Shown here: positions 44,749 to 47,935 of the stretch, piece by piece
How the letters are laid out: each line of letters begins with the position of its first letter
Numbering within the stretch: the stretch's first letter is position 1
NCBI GenBank assembly: GCA_964373765.1
Contig: CAYJVZ010000001.1
Span: forward strand, 1 to 47,935
Origin: an uncultured Candidatus Saccharibacteria bacterium
Lineage (GTDB): Bacteria; Patescibacteriota; Minisyncoccia; Phycocordibacterales; 01-FULL-45-15b
Direction of reading: 5' to 3'
Length of the DNA: 47,935 nt
Translations under genes and position numbers: made by a program
Notes under the pieces: model-generated
Told to the model about the DNA's origin: nothing
Database searches by the model: none
What the model saw: only the letters and a program-made list of their open reading frames with translations

Positions 44749-46862
44749 TATTTTTGCTTTATAAAATTAGGATCTGCCATTTTAATTGACAAATTAACTC
44801 TTTTTTTATCATCAATTTCTTTTATTACAACCGGAACTTTCTGGCCGATTGCCAAATATTTATCTACCTTGTCAACTCTAAAAGAGGCTATTTCTGAAAT
44901 ATGCACCAATCCTTCCTGGTTTGGTCCAATCTTTACGAATGCTCCAAAATCCATAATTCTTGCGACTTCGCCCTCAAATCTCTCGCCCGCTAGGTATTCT
45001 TTTGTAAGAGCAAGAATTATCTCCCTAGCCTTTTTTGCGCTATCTTTTTGCCCTGTTATAAAGACAGCGCCGTCATCCTCAATATCTATTTCTGTCCCCG
45101 TTTTATCCTTAATGCCGTTAATTGTTTTCCCGCCAGGCCCGATGACAAGGCCGATCTGATCAATTTTGATGTTTAATGTCAGTATCTTTGGCGCGTTATC
45201 TGAAATATTTTCTCTGGGCGACGAAATGGCTTCATTCATTTTATCAATAATTTGAGAAATTGCCGCTTGGGCTTTGTCCAAAGCCTCATCTAAAATATTT
45301 ATCGGAATGCCACTTACTTTTACATCCATTTGAATCGCAGTAATACCCTCTTTTGTGCCGGCCACTTTAAAATCCATATCGCCATGTTCGTCTTCCGGTC
45401 CCTGAATATCGGTTAAAACTTTATATTTATAATTTTTACCTTCTTTAATCAGCGTTAGGCCAGAAGCAATGCCCGCCACAGGCCGCTTGATAGGCACTCC
45501 TCCGTCCATAAGAGCCAAAGAAGCCGCGCAAACTGAACCCATAGATGTAGATCCGTTAGAAGAAAGAGCCTCGGAAACTACTCTAATTGTATAGGGAAAA
45601 GTTTCTTTAGGCGGAATCAAAGGCAAAAGGGCTTTTTCAGCTAGAGCCCCGTGACCAATCATTCTTCTGTTAAAACCGCCTAATTTTCCTGTCTCACCCG
45701 AAGAAAAAGGCGGAAAATTGTAATGATGAATGAACCGCTTATCGCCTTTTTCTTCTATGCCGTCTATTATCAAAGAATCGCCCGGTCCGCCAAGGGTAAG
45801 AACGGAAAGGATGTGAGTTCCCCCTCGATAAAATATTCCTGTTCCGTGAAGAATGGATGACATTTCACCAGCTTTGGCGAATATTGGCCGAACCTCATCC
45901 ATTTTTCTGCCGTCCGCTCTTAAATCATTATTGATGGCTTCTTGGTGGAGCAATCTATTTAGTTCCTCTTCAAATATATGCGCCGCCGAACCTATATTTC
46001 CTTCCGGATATTTTTTCATGAAAATTTCCAGCCACTCCTCTCTCAACTGGTGAATATGGCTCTTGCCCGGGCGATTGCAAAAAATCGTCCCCTTCATTTT
46101 TTTTGAAATAGTTTTGATAAATAAATCTTCAGTGCCCGCGGTGGTCTCCGGTTCTTCTATGATTCTTTTTTTCTTGCCGATTTCTTTAATAATTTTTTGC
46201 TGGAAGTCTTGCAGACCTTCAATTTCTTGACTTGCTTTTTTAAAGCTTTCCATTACGGTTTTTTTTGAGACCTCTTTTCCAGCAAGTTCAATCATATTTA
46301 TATGGCCGTCTTTGCCGCAGCAAATTGTCTCAAATTCTGTTTCCGGATTTTCTCTTATTTCGTAATCTGGATTTATAATCAGTTCACCTTTTTTGTTTTG
46401 GGCTATACGAATTGCGCTGACCGGTCCTTGCCACGGGATGTCTGAAACACCAAGAGCAAGGGACGCGCCAATGACGGCGAGAGTGTCAGGATCGTCCTTG
46501 CCAAGAGACAAGACTGTAATAATTATTTGGATTTCGTGCCTTATGTATTGGGCGAAAAGGGGTCTAATGGTTCTGTCCACTATTCTGCCTGAAAGGATTG
46601 CTTCCTCCGAAGGTCTTCCTTCTCGTCTTACATAGCGACTGCCCAAGATTTTCCCCGAGGCGTAAAACCTTTCTTCATAATCAATAGTCAGAGGAAAAAA
46701 ACTAACGCTCTCTTTAGCTTCTGATGACATTACGGCCGTTACCAGAATAATAGTTTGCCCATATCGAACTAGAACCGAACCATTGGCGTTTTCTGCCAAA
46801 TCATTGAATTCAACAGTCAACTTTTTACCAGCCACTTCTATCGAATATTCCCTTTTGACCAT
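44748..46862 (-). CDS. pnp: Polynucleotide phosphorylase
   Basis: 704 aa with two RNase PH-like domains, a KH domain (IGLVIGPGGKTING) and an S1 domain (GEVARIMDFGAFVKI...GLVHISE). Confidence 0.95.
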   Translation of the reverse strand: MVKREYSIEVAGKKLTVEFNDLAENANGSVLVRYGQTIILVTAVMSSEAKESVSFFPLTIDYEERFYASGKILGSRYVRREGRPSEEAILSGRIVDRTIRPLFAQYIRHEIQIIITVLSLGKDDPDTLAVIGASLALGVSDIPWQGPVSAIRIAQNKKGELIINPDYEIRENPETEFETICCGKDGHINMIELAGKEVSKKTVMESFKKASQEIEGLQDFQQKIIKEIGKKKRIIEEPETTAGTEDLFIKTISKKMKGTIFCNRPGKSHIHQLREEWLEIFMKKYPEGNIGSAAHIFEEELNRLLHQEAINNDLRADGRKMDEVRPIFAKAGEMSSILHGTGIFYRGGTHILSVLTLGGPGDSLIIDGIEEKGDKRFIHHYNFPPFSSGETGKLGGFNRRMIGHGALAEKALLPLIPPKETFPYTIRVVSEALSSNGSTSMGSVCAASLALMDGGVPIKRPVAGIASGLTLIKEGKNYKYKVLTDIQGPEDEHGDMDFKVAGTKEGITAIQMDVKVSGIPINILDEALDKAQAAISQIIDKMNEAISSPRENISDNAPKILTLNIKIDQIGLVIGPGGKTINGIKDKTGTEIDIEDDGAVFITGQKDSAKKAREIILALTKEYLAGERFEGEVARIMDFGAFVKIGPNQEGLVHISEIASFRVDKVDKYLAIGQKVPVVIKEIDDKKRVNLSIKMADPNFIKQK

Positions 46863-46985
46863 AAGTTTTAGGTCAGTTTCTCATTTTAGAAAAGAAACGA
46901 AAAAAGTTTCTGATCTACCTATGAAAAACTGACGATTAATCGCTAATCGCCTCATACTATCAGATTATGAGAGCTAAAAAAAGTA

Positions 46986-47504
46986 CTATCTTCTTCTTTG
47001 ACCTATGAGATATTTCTTTGGATTTTCGTCCAAATCGATAAATTGATCCGCCACCTCTTTGAGTTTTTGCGATGACGATCGTCCGAAGGAAACAACTTCG
47101 ACTTGACAGCCTTCATTTTCCTTTAAATATTCAACCAGAGGCACAAAATCGCCGTCGCCTGAAATCAAAACTATAGTGTCTAATTTAGGAGCCATCTTGA
47201 TTGCGTCCACCGCAAGGCCGACATCCCAATCGGCCTTTTTTGAACCGCCCGCGAAAATTTGCAGATTTTTTGTTTTTGTTTCTATGCCGACTTTCTCCAA
47301 AGCTTCAAAAAAACCTTTCTCTTCGCCCGATTCTGTTGTTATGACATAGGCCACCGCTCTGATTAAAGCTCTGCCGGCAAGCGTATCTTTGACGATTTGG
47401 CCAAAGTCAACCTTTGAACGATAAAGATTTTTAGCGCTATGGTAAAGATTTTGAGTGTCAATAAAAACACCTACTCTCTGCTCTTTGTGTCTAATTACAG
47501 GCAT
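46986..47504 (-). CDS. NYN-domain (LabA/DUF88-like) putative ribonuclease
   Basis: RVGVFIDTQNLYHSAK and VLISGDGDFVPLVEYLKENE are the conserved acidic motifs of the NYN/LabA fold. Confidence 0.7.
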   Translation of the reverse strand: MPVIRHKEQRVGVFIDTQNLYHSAKNLYRSKVDFGQIVKDTLAGRALIRAVAYVITTESGEEKGFFEALEKVGIETKTKNLQIFAGGSKKADWDVGLAVDAIKMAPKLDTIVLISGDGDFVPLVEYLKENEGCQVEVVSFGRSSSQKLKEVADQFIDLDENPKKYLIGQRRR

Positions 47505-47570
47505 TATTTTATTTTAATTTTATCAAATTTTTCTCTAGCCGAAAGCGATTTATCAGTGGCTTGAACTTTC

Positions 47571-47843
47571 TTACACGCTCTTTTTAATTTCAAGCTTTTT
47601 AATTATAGCATTATATCTTCTGGTGCTTTTTTTCTTCAGATAATTCAAATGATTTTGCCTATTGGCCACAATCTGTAACAGCCCCCGCCTTGAATGTTTA
47701 TCCTTAATGTTTTTCTTCAAATGTTTCGCCAATTCATTGATTCTTTTTGTTAAAATAGCCACTTGAACTTCAGGAGAACCAGTGTCAGTGTCGTGGATTC
47801 TTGTTTCCTTGATAATTTTTGTTTTTTTAGATTTCGTTAACAT
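47571..47843 (-). CDS. rpsO: Ribosomal protein S15
   Basis: GSPEVQVAILTKRINELAKHLK..KDKHSRRGLL..V..R...L.YL is the canonical S15 pattern. Confidence 0.95.
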   Translation of the reverse strand: MLTKSKKTKIIKETRIHDTDTGSPEVQVAILTKRINELAKHLKKNIKDKHSRRGLLQIVANRQNHLNYLKKKSTRRYNAIIKKLEIKKSV

Positions 47844-47935
47844 TGCGTTATGATACTAGCATAAATAAATCTCTTTCGCAAGGGCCAGTCTATTCCAATA
47901 CAAAACGATACCGAAACGACTGCCGCATTCCAATG

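Noticed and set aside
1-47935. Alternative genetic code (UGA read as Gly, as in some candidate phyla)
   Set aside because: Conserved genes end at TGA at their expected lengths; polA, for example, ends ...GTT GAC TGA. The ORFs are full-length under code 11.
1-47935. CRISPR arrays, rRNA genes, or classical defence systems (restriction-modification, toxin-antitoxin pairs)
   Set aside because: No regularly spaced direct repeats were seen, nor any rRNA-like conserved blocks or recognisable methylase/nuclease or TA gene pairs. This was a visual scan only, so short arrays could have been missed.

Overview
This is a compact, low-GC bacterial chromosome segment. It is about one third G+C by eye: a 60-nt hand count at 3001-3060 gives 20/60. 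Genes are short and tightly packed, and TGA is used as a stop codon. The gene content and the miniaturised proteins suggest a reduced-genome Patescibacteria/CPR-like organism; that is inference only. All calls come from motif recognition in the supplied ORF translations and from reading the DNA; no database search was run.

Contents:
(1) The replication-origin neighbourhood: DciA-like, dnaN and dnaA on the minus strand, diverging from rpmH-rnpA-yidC-jag on the plus strand.
(2) Housekeeping genes: holA, polA, tsaE, ruvB, yebC, ruvC, tyrS, a class A PBP, rsmA, pcrA, comM, pnp, rpsO, a pilB/gspE-type ATPase and a stand-alone receiver domain.
(3) An 11-gene single-strand operon (21832-33268). It has VirB4-like ATPase, PrgI/VirB3-like, VirB6/TrbL-like and T4SS-pilin-like genes plus seven unassignable secreted or membrane proteins. 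No relaxase or coupling protein is visible. This is the best candidate for a poorly described system.
(4) An IS200/RAYT-type HUH transposase flanked by inverted 28-nt REP-like hairpins.
(5) Three GC-rich patches carrying isolated nucleotide-biosynthesis-type genes (pyrD-like plus pyrC-like, and purC-like) and a Gly/Tyr-rich secreted protein next to about 600 bp of unexplained non-coding DNA.
(6) Several unusual non-coding structures: two large palindromes at 227-320, a hairpin and repeat element at 33320-33399, and a candidate sRNA or attenuator between polA and holA.

No rRNA, convincing tRNA or CRISPR array was found.
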